A stretch of DNA of 64,000 bases from a virus (taxonomy: Duplodnaviria; Heunggongvirae; Uroviricota; Caudoviricetes). Shown here one piece after another: positions 27,910 through 38,084 of the stretch. The translations under genes and the position numbers were made by a program. Location of the stretch: IMG/VR virus record IMGVR_UViG_3300028888_000043, positions 137,756-201,755 of that record; one strand, 5' to 3'. The notes beneath the pieces were generated by a model, which was given only the letters and a program-made list of their open reading frames with translations, searched no databases and was not told the DNA's origin. Within the stretch, counting starts at the first letter, position 1, and every line of letters begins with the position of its first letter.

Positions 27910-28639
27910 TATGGAAAATAAAGTAGAAATAGGAAATTGTATTCTATGTCTTGGTGATTGTTATGATATCTTGAAAGAGATTGATGACAATTCTGTTACA
28001 TTGGTTCATTCAGATCCTCCATATGTTGTCCATAGTGGTTCACAGAAATCAGAATGGTATGAAAATATTGGGGTGAATAGGCAGTTGGATAAATTGAAGA
28101 CAGCAGATATTTCTGATGGTTTTGATATGCAATTAGTAATGACTGAATTAGAAAGGATATGTAAGTGTCCTAATTATCAGTTATGGTGCTCAAAGAAACA
28201 GTTTCCAGAGTTATTAAACTATGCAATTGGAAAAGGATATTCCTGGCAGGATATAATGTTGTACAGAAACAATGCTCTTCCAAATTTGAATGGAAAGTAT
28301 CAGGATAAAGATTATTGTATTCATATGTGGAAAGGTAGGAAGATAACTGGTGAATATCAAGACAAGGTAACAGGATATAACTGGACAATTGGAGGTAAGA
28401 AAGAATGGAATCATCCTGCATTGAAACCTGTAGAACCAATAGAGCATATGATAAAAGTTGGTTCTGATGAAGGTGATGTTGTTCTGGATATGTTTATGGG
28501 AAGTGGTACTACTGGGGAGGCATGTATGAGAGTAGGAAGGAAGTTCATAGGTATTGAAAAGAATCCTGAATATTTTAATATGGCAGTTGAAAGATTGAAT
28601 AAGATTATAAATAAATGTAAAGAAAATACTTTATTTTAA
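27899..28639 (+). CDS. N4/N6 DNA methyltransferase (beta class)
   Basis: SDPPY, HPALKP, VLDMFMGSGTTG. Confidence 0.9.
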   Translation: MNGNMENKVEIGNCILCLGDCYDILKEIDDNSVTLVHSDPPYVVHSGSQKSEWYENIGVNRQLDKLKTADISDGFDMQLVMTELERICKCPNYQLWCSKKQFPELLNYAIGKGYSWQDIMLYRNNALPNLNGKYQDKDYCIHMWKGRKITGEYQDKVTGYNWTIGGKKEWNHPALKPVEPIEHMIKVGSDEGDVVLDMFMGSGTTGEACMRVGRKFIGIEKNPEYFNMAVERLNKIINKCKENTLF

Positions 28640-28641
28640 TT

Positions 28642-29337
28642 ATGAAAAAAGTTATAAAAAAATTTGATGATTTTGTAAATGAATCATCTAATTTAAATAT
28701 TAATATGAATTTAATTGAAAGAGATCTCCAAAATTTTATAAAGAAACATCCTGATTATAAGACATCCTGGGGTCAAATTCAAAATGATAAAAGTGATAAA
28801 GATACTAAACCATATAATATATATTCATATGCTCAATTTGTAAAAAAATGGAAATATTGTACAGATATTAATAAAATTAAATATGCATTAACAAGATGGT
28901 TTCTTCATTGGTGTGCAAAGTGTGATGAAAATATTTTATGTGGTAAATATGCAATTCCAAACCCAGATATATATGATAAGACTTGGGATATACAATTTAA
29001 AGGTATAAACAATTGTCCAAATATAAAGTTTGACGTAAAAAGTACCAGAATACCTAAAGAACTGGATGAAGAATATTATGTAGAACATCCAATTGAGTTG
29101 ATTAAATGGATGTATAATAAACAGTCTCAAGAATCAAGAAAAGGATTTCAAAATAGATTATTTATTATTCATATACCATCTATTGAAAGGTCAGAAGCAA
29201 TGGTTAGAACAGATTTTGATAAAAAAAGAGAAATAATTGAAAAATATTATCAATCAATAGAAAATGGAGACCATCTTCCATATGAAATAGAAATTGGACC
29301 AAATCGAGTTATTTCAGATGTTATTTTTGTAGATTAA
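28642..29337 (+). CDS. putative PD-(D/E)xK restriction-endonuclease-like nuclease
   Basis: WDIQF...FDVKST motif; directly downstream of an MTase; AT-rich codon usage. Confidence 0.55.
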   Translation: MKKVIKKFDDFVNESSNLNINMNLIERDLQNFIKKHPDYKTSWGQIQNDKSDKDTKPYNIYSYAQFVKKWKYCTDINKIKYALTRWFLHWCAKCDENILCGKYAIPNPDIYDKTWDIQFKGINNCPNIKFDVKSTRIPKELDEEYYVEHPIELIKWMYNKQSQESRKGFQNRLFIIHIPSIERSEAMVRTDFDKKREIIEKYYQSIENGDHLPYEIEIGPNRVISDVIFVD

Positions 29338-29351
29338 ATCATAAATCATTA

Positions 29352-30113
29352 ATGGAAGAAAATAAATTGAAATGTGTAGGTATCAGTGATATCCATGGAC
29401 TGTTACCGAAAGATTTACCAGAAGGAGACCTTCTGTTCCTTCCTGGTGACATCAGTCCATTGGATTATCAGTCAGACCAGACCCAGATGTTGGCCTGGTT
29501 CTATCTTGTATTCCTTCCCTGGGTGGAGAGTGTTCCATTCAAGAAGGTTATCCTTTTGGCTGGCAACCATGATTTCTTCTTGGAGAACATCCATAAGAGG
29601 GTAAAGAAGAGTCCATATCCTCCATATGTGGAATATTCCTGGAGGTCGGCGGGAGATGTTACAAAGAAACTGTTTCCTGGAATGTTGAAGGGTAAGTATA
29701 GCAAACTTGTTTACCTGTGTGATTCTTCTTTCACATATGAGGGAAGAAGGATTTATGGTACACCTTACATTGAGGACTTGACCAGTTGGGCATTCTATCT
29801 TAACAAGGAAGACATTGAGAAGAAGTTCAAGAACATTCCAAACAAGTGTGATGTCATCCTTACACATATGCCCCCGAAGATTGAAGGGATAGGTCAGGTT
29901 CTTCAAAGCAGGACTTTCAATTATGGTACCGATTATGGTTCAGAGATTCTGACAGAGGTATTGAAGACAAAGGATTTCAAGTATCTCCTTTGCGGGCATG
30001 TCCATTCAGGACAGCACAAACCAGCTGAACTTGATGGAAAGAAGATTGTCAATGTGTCATTGAAGAATGAAGATTATGAAGATTGGTATTTTCCTTTTGA
30101 ATTTGAGATATGA
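29352..30113 (+). CDS. calcineurin-like metallophosphoesterase
   Basis: SDIHG, PGD, AGNHD, THMPP, CGHVH. Confidence 0.92.
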   Translation: MEENKLKCVGISDIHGLLPKDLPEGDLLFLPGDISPLDYQSDQTQMLAWFYLVFLPWVESVPFKKVILLAGNHDFFLENIHKRVKKSPYPPYVEYSWRSAGDVTKKLFPGMLKGKYSKLVYLCDSSFTYEGRRIYGTPYIEDLTSWAFYLNKEDIEKKFKNIPNKCDVILTHMPPKIEGIGQVLQSRTFNYGTDYGSEILTEVLKTKDFKYLLCGHVHSGQHKPAELDGKKIVNVSLKNEDYEDWYFPFEFEI

Positions 30114-30484
30114 GTAAATTGAAAGTCAAACTGGCCAAGATGTTTTTCAATCTGGCAGAAAAGATGGACAAGAATTTTGTTGAAGATAAGACTATATTAA
30201 TGCCTGGTCCATCTCTTATACCTTTAGAGCAACCTATCATAATGTATGACCAGTATCATGTAGAGAAGATACATGCCCAGCATATGTTGTCAAGGGATAC
30301 TCTTATGTTCAGTAAGAACTTTAATATGGATGAGTATGTCTCCAATTCCATTGTGAGAGGTGTTTCTGAAGAATTGATGAAACTGTATGGAGATAGGATA
30401 AAGACTGAGGATATTCCAGAAGGAAGGATATATTCTTTGGATGTATATGTTTGCAAACCACAGAAAAAAGAGAGTCAATTATAG
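30110..30484 (+). CDS. hypothetical protein
   Basis: 124-aa ORF with ATGA overlap on the upstream stop. Confidence 0.65.
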   Translation: MSKLKVKLAKMFFNLAEKMDKNFVEDKTILMPGPSLIPLEQPIIMYDQYHVEKIHAQHMLSRDTLMFSKNFNMDEYVSNSIVRGVSEELMKLYGDRIKTEDIPEGRIYSLDVYVCKPQKKESQL

Positions 30485-30877
30485 ACTCTCTTTTATATTA
30501 AATGATAACCTCAATGTCCATACATCATCAGGACAATCATTGGTTAAATCAACAACTATCGCACCATCAAGGTTTGCAAACAACTCACTTAACCATTTTG
30601 AATAGTCTTTCCAATTTCCAGGACCATTCTCACCACCATAGATATATGCAATATAATGATTGCCGGCATTGAATACACTGTCAACAATAGGTGGCCTGTT
30701 CCCTCTATAAATAGGAAGTCTATCTGATATATATTGAAATTCAGGAGAACCCTTTTCTGATTTTACCCAATGTTCCTCAAAATCAACACCTGGATCTTTA
30801 TCAAACATATGTTCTGATGATTCTTTAATATAACTTTTGAATGTTATAAAATCATTGTATTCAAGTAATGTGTTCAT
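30479..30877 (-). CDS. hypothetical late protein with capsid-targeting-like N-terminus
   Basis: Begins MNTLLEYNDFITFKSYIKES; co-oriented with 30879..32036. Confidence 0.65.
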   Translation of the reverse strand: MNTLLEYNDFITFKSYIKESSEHMFDKDPGVDFEEHWVKSEKGSPEFQYISDRLPIYRGNRPPIVDSVFNAGNHYIAYIYGGENGPGNWKDYSKWLSELFANLDGAIVVDLTNDCPDDVWTLRLSFNIKESL

Positions 30878-30878
30878 A

Positions 30879-32036
30879 CTATTTTAATGGTTTGAATTTA
30901 TTCACTTTCAGAAACTCTTTAATATTGTCAAGTTCAAATAATTGGTCTGGACCAATATTATAATGGAGGATATCATTCCTTGTTTTGTTGTCCATATCAT
31001 TTACCATCTTCCATCCTTTGAAATATGTGGTCATTGGTTCTCCAGATTTGATTGAACAGTCCTTATTCCTTCTCCTTGGTCTCATCACAGTCTTGAATGC
31101 AGTGTAGTCTGTCATCCCCGGTGCTTTCTTCTTCACCCATTCAAAGAGTTCGCAGAAGTCTATCTCGAACATCAGGTAGCTCACACAGGTCTTCATAGCG
31201 ATATTGAACATCACATTGTCTTTCTTGTGTTTCACCTTGTTCAATGAGTTCCACACTGCAAGACCCTCATCATATGTTGAACTGGATTGTGTACCATAGG
31301 CAAACAACCAGAGACCTGTTTGCATTCCATAATATCGTCTTCCGACATGCCCCCTAATTTCATGTTGGATCAGTCCTTCAATGTCCTCATCTGAAAACCT
31401 GGATGTCTTGTTGATATTGACTCTACCCATCTTGACATTCATCCTTGGAAGCATACCCGTGTCTATCTGTACATCAAAGTCATATCCAAGTTCATCAAGG
31501 GCATCCTCAATTGCTTCAAGTACCGTGTCACTGTCATTTGTCCTGTCATCCTTGAAGTCTGGTTTCTTGTATGGGTTGTCCTTTATTACCTGAAGGGCTT
31601 CCTTGTAGAGTTCCTTGTCAACAGGATTCTCGCCAGGTTCATAAGAACCGTCTTCCAGTTTCTGTCTCTGTTCAAGACTCAATCTCATTGAATGGAGTTT
31701 TTCAAGATAGAACTTGGCGACATAACATTTGTCCTTTATCTTTTCGAACTCATCCTTGAGTTTTCCCATACCGTCATAGATTTTCATATCCACTTCCGAG
31801 TTTTCAATTTCAAGTTGTGGATAATATTTTTGTCCATTTTCCCTTGCGGACATAAACTTGTCAAATTCTTCCTTTATGTTTTTGACAGTTTGTGCCACAT
31901 ACTTGGTCCTGAACTTCTCAATGAGTTTATGATACTTCTCATCCAGTACCAGAAGTTTGGACTTGGTTTCGGGATCCATCAGGAAGATACTGTTGGATTC
32001 AAGTATATAGTTGTCAAAATCAAGAATGTTTTTCAT
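30879..32036 (-). CDS. DUF1704/QEGLA-motif (MATCAP-like) metallopeptidase
   Basis: LIQHEIRGH (HExxxH) and YDEGLAVW; CATAAATA at 32042-32049. Confidence 0.75.
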   Translation of the reverse strand: MKNILDFDNYILESNSIFLMDPETKSKLLVLDEKYHKLIEKFRTKYVAQTVKNIKEEFDKFMSARENGQKYYPQLEIENSEVDMKIYDGMGKLKDEFEKIKDKCYVAKFYLEKLHSMRLSLEQRQKLEDGSYEPGENPVDKELYKEALQVIKDNPYKKPDFKDDRTNDSDTVLEAIEDALDELGYDFDVQIDTGMLPRMNVKMGRVNINKTSRFSDEDIEGLIQHEIRGHVGRRYYGMQTGLWLFAYGTQSSSTYDEGLAVWNSLNKVKHKKDNVMFNIAMKTCVSYLMFEIDFCELFEWVKKKAPGMTDYTAFKTVMRPRRRNKDCSIKSGEPMTTYFKGWKMVNDMDNKTRNDILHYNIGPDQLFELDNIKEFLKVNKFKPLK

Positions 32037-32041
32037 ACAAT

Positions 32042-32061
32042 TATTTATGAGACCATAAATA
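32042..32061. promoter_or_regulatory. back-to-back divergent late promoters
   Basis: TATTTATG-agac-CATAAATA between two divergent ORFs. Confidence 0.75.
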
Positions 32062-32082
32062 TTCTATATATGTATTTTCATT

Positions 32083-33393
32083 ATGAAATTTGAATTTGAC
32101 CATAGGACTGGTACAATGCAGCCAAAGAAAGATGACAATATTTATTTTGCCCAGTCACAAGGTGGTGGATTAATTGTCGATGACAAGAAGAACAATATCA
32201 GATATATCATAGAAAGGAATGAAAGGATTACCAAGCTGTTCGGTAGTTTTGACAGAGACAAACTCAATTTCTATGATATGAGGGATGCCAGGATGATTGC
32301 TGACAGGGTTGCCAGACTTCTTGGAAGAGACCACAAATATTCTGATTTCCATTATTTCCTGAAAGGTTATCATATGTCAGAGAATTTTGTCCAGAGTTGT
32401 TCAAGTTTTTTGGACGAATCAGTGTGGGCAGACATTCATAAAAGGAGTAATGGCCAGGGCGCTGTGAAGAAAGAAGACTATGGTAGGGTGATAGGAACTC
32501 TTGAAGATGGCACAAAACTGGTTATGCCTTATGACTATGTAGATAAAGGTGAACTTGTTGAGTTTGATGATGGAAACATTTATTCATTTGATGAATATAG
32601 TGATGGTGATATTTATATTGCAGTGGTGAATCATAATTATGATGATACTTATTATAAGTATGATGAGGATACTGATGAAGGTGTCAATATGGTTGAATGT
32701 TTCAAATGTGATGATTCATTGAGAACTGAAAATAATTTTGGAGCATTAAAGGCTTTGATGTTACAGGATGAATTTGATGATGAAGATTTTGAATATCTGG
32801 ATGTTAATGTTCAAACAAATTGTTTTGAATTTACATTCTTTGACAACAAATTTAAAATCTACACCGATAAGGATAGTGCTGTTGAAGATGCCATTGAAAT
32901 GGAAAAGGATTTACTTGAATCAGAAAGATTTACGAAAGATTTAGTTGAGCGTTTCAGGAATGCCCTTGGGGATGGTTTTCTTGATGAGAGTGAGATGAAA
33001 GATGCACTCAAAGAGAGTCAGGAATTTTATTACAATGATTTAAGTGAGGATGAGGCCATTGACAATTTGATTAGAAACAATATCATTGAAGACAGTGAGG
33101 AATATTTTGAACTGGATGAAGATGGGGAAATAGATCATTCACAACCAAAGTTTGATTATCAAGATTATTGTGATGCATATGTTGAAAAATGGATTGATAG
33201 TATTGATGATATTATAGATGAATATCTTATGAATTATGGATATGATGGTATTGAGAATTATATAGATATTGATAAACTTGCTGAACTTATTGTTAAAGCG
33301 GATGGTCCTGGAAATGAAATTGCAATGTTTGATGGTTTAGAAAGAGAAGAGACAGTGGATGATATAACATATTATATATATCGGGAAGAATAA
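32083..33393 (+). CDS. acidic hypothetical late protein
   Basis: 436 aa, very D/E-rich, internal SFLDES. Confidence 0.75.
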   Translation: MKFEFDHRTGTMQPKKDDNIYFAQSQGGGLIVDDKKNNIRYIIERNERITKLFGSFDRDKLNFYDMRDARMIADRVARLLGRDHKYSDFHYFLKGYHMSENFVQSCSSFLDESVWADIHKRSNGQGAVKKEDYGRVIGTLEDGTKLVMPYDYVDKGELVEFDDGNIYSFDEYSDGDIYIAVVNHNYDDTYYKYDEDTDEGVNMVECFKCDDSLRTENNFGALKALMLQDEFDDEDFEYLDVNVQTNCFEFTFFDNKFKIYTDKDSAVEDAIEMEKDLLESERFTKDLVERFRNALGDGFLDESEMKDALKESQEFYYNDLSEDEAIDNLIRNNIIEDSEEYFELDEDGEIDHSQPKFDYQDYCDAYVEKWIDSIDDIIDEYLMNYGYDGIENYIDIDKLAELIVKADGPGNEIAMFDGLEREETVDDITYYIYREE

Positions 33394-34037
33394 TGGTTTT
33401 AAATTTTAATGGTTATATAATAAATGAGGCCAGCTTGAAGAAACTCAAGAGGCAAGTACATGGTGCTCTCAATATGTCTGCCAGGAAAAGGATGAGAAGG
33501 GAGCTCCGTGACAATATCATTACCTTCAAGTTCAAGAAAAGGAATGGAGACATAAGGACTGCACATGGTACCCTTCATCCTGATTATCTCCCACCATTGA
33601 AAGGAGGCGGACCGAGACCGGAACACCAGATGGTCTATTATGATTTGGACAAGGAAGGTTGGAGAAGTTTCAGGTCATACACCTTTATAAAGATTCTGAA
33701 CATCAAACCTGTCGAGGCAAAACCTGTTACCAAACCACATCCTAAACCTATAACAAAGGAAGAAGATGAAGAGGAAGTAAAGAAGAAACCTATCCACACA
33801 GAGGATGAAGAAAAGGTGAAGGAGAAAGAAGAGAAGGTCAAGGAGAAGGAGGAAAAGAAGAAAATCCGTGAGATTGATGATGAGATAGAGGATGATGATG
33901 ACCACAAGAGTGTGTTGGATGATAAGGAAACTCCTGAAGAGAAAGAAGTTATCAGGAAGGACAAGGAGAAGGATGAGGAGGAAGATGAAGAAAAAGACAA
34001 GGAAAAAGACAAGGATATAAAGAGTGAAGATGAATAA
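33393..34037 (+). CDS. DUF2693/SH3-fold protein with long K/E/D-rich tail
   Basis: ITFKFKKRNGDIRTAHGTL...YYDLDKEGWRSF; N-terminus FNGYIINEA. Confidence 0.75.
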   Translation: MVLNFNGYIINEASLKKLKRQVHGALNMSARKRMRRELRDNIITFKFKKRNGDIRTAHGTLHPDYLPPLKGGGPRPEHQMVYYDLDKEGWRSFRSYTFIKILNIKPVEAKPVTKPHPKPITKEEDEEEVKKKPIHTEDEEKVKEKEEKVKEKEEKKKIREIDDEIEDDDDHKSVLDDKETPEEKEVIRKDKEKDEEEDEEKDKEKDKDIKSEDE

Positions 34038-34138
34038 TCTTCACTTTTTGTTATATTTAAGTTTGAAGAAGACTGTTGAGTTCCCTTTTGTGGAACTTCA
34101 AGTAGTATAAAATAAATTAAAAAAAGTTTTATTAAGTT

Positions 34139-36022
34139 ATGAGTAAAAAAATTATTGGTATTGACCTCGGAACCGGTTTCTCCTGTGTTGCAGTTGTAGA
34201 GGGTGGTAAGCCGAAGGTCATTATTAATTCAGAAGGTAAGACCACCACTCCTTCTGTCATTTCATTCAGTGGTGATGAAATCAAGGTTGGTACCGCTGCC
34301 AGAAACCAGGCAGTGATGTATCCTACTGAAACAGTTTCATCCATCAAGCGCTTTATGGGTGAGAAGTTCAGCAATGTCCAGGATGAGGTTGCCAGGGCAC
34401 AGTATAAGGTGGTAAAGGGTAAGAATGACTTACCAAGAGTTGATATCAAGGGTAAACTTTATTCACCGGAGGAACTGTCCGCTATGATTCTTCAGAAGAT
34501 GAAGAAGACTGCGGAGGATTATCTTGGTGAGGAAGTGACAGATGCTGTCATCACCTGCCCTGCCTATTATGATGATACAGCACGCCAGGCTGTCAAGAAT
34601 GCCGGTGAGATTGCTGGTCTCAATGTGAAGAGGGTTATCAATGAGCCTACTGCTGCTGCACTTGCCTATGGTATCAGTACTGACAAGGCACAGAAGATTA
34701 TGGTGACTGACATTGGTTGCGGTACTTCTGACTTCACTATGTTGGAGATTGCTGATGGTGTCTTTGAGGTGATGGCCACTGATGGTGACACCCATCTTGG
34801 AGGTGATGACTTTGACCAGGTGATTGTCAACTGGGTTGTAGAAGAGTTCAAGAAGGAATATGGTACTGACATCTCAAGTGATTCTATGGCAATGCAGAGA
34901 GTGAAGAATGCAGCGGAGGAAGCAAAGATTGAATTGTCTTCCCTTACTTCCACTGACATCAACCTTCCTTATCTCTCACCTGTGAATGGTGTTCCCGCTC
35001 ACTTTGTGAAGAGTCTGTCCAGGGCCAAGTTCGAGCAGATGTCGGAAAGCCTCATCAAGAGGATTGTGGACAAGTGCAATTCCTGTCTTGCGAAGGCAAA
35101 GGTTGACAAGTCCAGTGTTGATGAGATTATCCTTGTTGGTGGATCCACCAGAATCCCTGCTGTCCAGGATGCCATTGAGAAAATCTTTGGAAAGACTCCT
35201 AACAAGACTGTCAATCCTGATGAGGCAGTTGCATCCGGTGCTGCTATCCAGGGTGCTATCCTTGCTGGTGACAAGGGTATGGGTGACATCCTTCTTCTTG
35301 ATGTCATTCCTCTTTCTCTTGGTATTGAAACTCTTGGTGGTGTGTTCACCAAGCTTGTTGATGCCAATACTACCATTCCAGTCAAGAGGACAGAGACTTT
35401 CACTACCGCTGCTGACAACCAGCCTTCCGTTGAGGTAAAGGTTCTCCAGGGTGAGAGACCTATGGCAAAGGATAACAAGCAGTTGGGTATCTTCCATCTT
35501 GATGGAATCATGCCGGCAAGAAAGGGTATCCCTCAGATTGAGGTTACATTTGACATTGATGCCAATGGTATCCTTTCTGTTTCTGCTACTGACAAGGCAA
35601 CTGGTAAGGCTCAATCTATCAGGATTGAGGGTAGTTCCGGATTGAGTAAGGAAGAGATTGAGAGGATGAAAGCAGAGGCGGAGGCAAATGCAGAGGCAGA
35701 TAAGAAGGAACTTGAAAGAATCCAGGTTCTCAATGCTGCCGAGTCAACCATCTTCCAGACAGAAAAGAACATCAAGGAGTATGGTGACAAGATTACAGAG
35801 GAACAGAAGTCTGAACTTGAGAATGGCCTCAATGCTTTGAGGGATGCTCTTGAACAGAAGGATGTGGATGCTTGTAAGTCCTGTATGGAAATCCTTTCAC
35901 AGTCCTGGTACAAGATTTCAGAGGAACTGTACAAGAACACAGGTGAAGCGCCTGGTGCCGGAGATACAGGTCAGACTGACAATCCATTTGGTGAAGGATT
36001 CAATTTCAACAATCCACAGTAA
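34139..36022 (+). CDS. dnaK: Hsp70 chaperone DnaK
   Basis: [59 protein letters not shown]. Confidence 0.97.
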   Translation: MSKKIIGIDLGTGFSCVAVVEGGKPKVIINSEGKTTTPSVISFSGDEIKVGTAARNQAVMYPTETVSSIKRFMGEKFSNVQDEVARAQYKVVKGKNDLPRVDIKGKLYSPEELSAMILQKMKKTAEDYLGEEVTDAVITCPAYYDDTARQAVKNAGEIAGLNVKRVINEPTAAALAYGISTDKAQKIMVTDIGCGTSDFTMLEIADGVFEVMATDGDTHLGGDDFDQVIVNWVVEEFKKEYGTDISSDSMAMQRVKNAAEEAKIELSSLTSTDINLPYLSPVNGVPAHFVKSLSRAKFEQMSESLIKRIVDKCNSCLAKAKVDKSSVDEIILVGGSTRIPAVQDAIEKIFGKTPNKTVNPDEAVASGAAIQGAILAGDKGMGDILLLDVIPLSLGIETLGGVFTKLVDANTTIPVKRTETFTTAADNQPSVEVKVLQGERPMAKDNKQLGIFHLDGIMPARKGIPQIEVTFDIDANGILSVSATDKATGKAQSIRIEGSSGLSKEEIERMKAEAEANAEADKKELERIQVLNAAESTIFQTEKNIKEYGDKITEEQKSELENGLNALRDALEQKDVDACKSCMEILSQSWYKISEELYKNTGEAPGAGDTGQTDNPFGEGFNFNNPQ

Positions 36023-36025
36023 TGA

Positions 36026-36060
36026 AAAGGAGGGTGTAAATGACACTCTCCTTTCTTTTT
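36026..36060 (+). terminator. intrinsic terminator after dnaK
   Basis: AAAGGAGGGTGT-aaatg-ACACTCTCCTTT then CTTTTT. Confidence 0.75.
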
Positions 36061-36094
36061 ATCATAAATAACTTATATATAGTTACATTAAATT

Positions 36095-38077
36095 ATGACT
36101 CCTACTCCATATTTGAAAAAGTTTAATACTGAAGGTGGTACATTGTATGTGTTCCCATCTGTAAGTAGAGATCTTACAAAAACTCTTGTGAGTAATGATT
36201 ATGAATTCAAGTTCAGTCATTATGCATGTCTGAATCTTCCTGAAATATATGGTGGTAAATATACTTCTGACAAACCGAAGGGTTTGTATATTGAGACATT
36301 ATTACCTAATGGCAGTATTACCACTTGGGATAATACATCTATGCAGGATGCCATCACCACCAATCTTCAAAACTATGTGATGAACTTTGAGACTGCAATC
36401 ATCAATGGAGAAGGTGACAATGATAACTATGACAATGATGTCTTGACCACAGTATCTGAAAAGGTGTTTTGGAATTGGATGCAGAAGATAGGTGCAATCA
36501 AGTTTAATGAGTCTGGTACACTTGAAGATTATGACAACATACATGACAGGACAATCCAGTATCTTGGAAGTCTTGATATGATGAATGCGGTTGACATTGA
36601 CGGTGATACTTTCCAGGAATTGTACATCCATATTCCAAGTACCGCCGGTGCAAGTACAACTATCTATTTTAGACCTGGTGAGATGACTGACAACAAGAAT
36701 TATCTTCACAAGAACTATACTATCACAAATGGAAGATATAATCCTGAACAGATAATCGGAAGGGATTCTGAAGATGTAAGTCCATATGGATTGGGCATAA
36801 CAGCAATTTATGACAATGATGCGGGTAGTAACATCTATGTAGGTGATATGGGTCACACCATTGATTTCAGGGATTCCAGTTATGACAATGGTTATGGTAT
36901 AAGCAATATGAACAGCAAGAGTCTTGAAGACTTTGAGTTCAATGCTGTTCTTATCTTCTATGATATAACAGAGAAGACAAATGTCCCTGGTGTCAGGAGG
37001 ACTGCTACTAACCTGTATGGTATCTTGTTCTTGGATCAGGTTACAGATATGCCTGATACTGATAGCAGGAAGGGTTACTTCCAGAGATACCCGAAGAAGA
37101 AGGAGACTGTTTATGGAAACGGTAACAGTTATGGTCTCAAACTTGATTTGAAGATTGATACCATTGGTGATAATACATGGACATATAATACTATCACTGT
37201 TCCTGTATATGCAGACCCAGAATCAACTGCGGAAATCAATGCATCTGATTGGGGAAGGGAAAGGATAGCATCTATGATACATTATACCAAGGCGCTTACC
37301 GAACTCCAGAAATGTATTGATATTTTCTTTGAACAGAAGAATGAATTAATAAAACTTTCACAGAGAGTTGCCACACTTGAAAATCTGGTACTTGGCATTG
37401 ACAGTGTTAAATCCTTGAAGGATGACATAAGGAGATTGTATGACCTCTGTGACGGTAATGCTATTGTTGACACTGCAACTCTTTTAAGTCTCATAGATGC
37501 CAACACCAAGAAACTTGATAATATTATGAGGGGTGGAAAGGATTTGAAACTCCAGTTTGACACTGATGTCATCCAGCCTGGTAATGGTATTGGAATCAAG
37601 AAAGAACTCAACAGGGTAACAATCAGTTCTGAACAAAGGTATTCCATCAATACTGTATATGATGGTAATCAGTCAAATGAGGTGGAGTTCTCTGCAAATC
37701 ATCCTCTGGATACTCATTCCAGTACCGCACAGATATGTAGGATTCCTTTACTGACCGGTGAGAACTTTGCAGTTGTGTATCTTGAAGACACAGGTGACTG
37801 TGACAAGAACATCACCATAAACATTGATGACAGTAATTATAACTGGGAGGTTGGTCAGTCATTGAAGATATATTTTGTATGTGATAATGGATCTTTGAGG
37901 TTTACAGACTCCATCAACACTGGTGTTGTAATCAAACCAAAGTTTAGTTCCACACTTTCAATTCCTGGATTTGAAGTTGAAGGAAACAATCTCATCGAGG
38001 TTGTATGTGTCGCCCTGGCAGGTACCAATGATAATGGAAATGTCAATGAAGACAAATTTATATACTTAATCAAGTAA
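36095..38077 (+). CDS. putative virion structural protein
   Basis: 660-aa ORF after CATAAATA (36063-36070); central coiled coil; no recognised family. Confidence 0.6.
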   Translation: MTPTPYLKKFNTEGGTLYVFPSVSRDLTKTLVSNDYEFKFSHYACLNLPEIYGGKYTSDKPKGLYIETLLPNGSITTWDNTSMQDAITTNLQNYVMNFETAIINGEGDNDNYDNDVLTTVSEKVFWNWMQKIGAIKFNESGTLEDYDNIHDRTIQYLGSLDMMNAVDIDGDTFQELYIHIPSTAGASTTIYFRPGEMTDNKNYLHKNYTITNGRYNPEQIIGRDSEDVSPYGLGITAIYDNDAGSNIYVGDMGHTIDFRDSSYDNGYGISNMNSKSLEDFEFNAVLIFYDITEKTNVPGVRRTATNLYGILFLDQVTDMPDTDSRKGYFQRYPKKKETVYGNGNSYGLKLDLKIDTIGDNTWTYNTITVPVYADPESTAEINASDWGRERIASMIHYTKALTELQKCIDIFFEQKNELIKLSQRVATLENLVLGIDSVKSLKDDIRRLYDLCDGNAIVDTATLLSLIDANTKKLDNIMRGGKDLKLQFDTDVIQPGNGIGIKKELNRVTISSEQRYSINTVYDGNQSNEVEFSANHPLDTHSSTAQICRIPLLTGENFAVVYLEDTGDCDKNITINIDDSNYNWEVGQSLKIYFVCDNGSLRFTDSINTGVVIKPKFSSTLSIPGFEVEGNNLIEVVCVALAGTNDNGNVNEDKFIYLIK

Positions 38078-38084
38078 TTAAGAT

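Noticed and set aside
34132-35940. Long antisense ORFs over dnaK (and similarly over the tape measure gene)
   Set aside because: Antisense open frames are a known by-product of codon bias in Hsp70 and other biased genes; no independent signals were seen.
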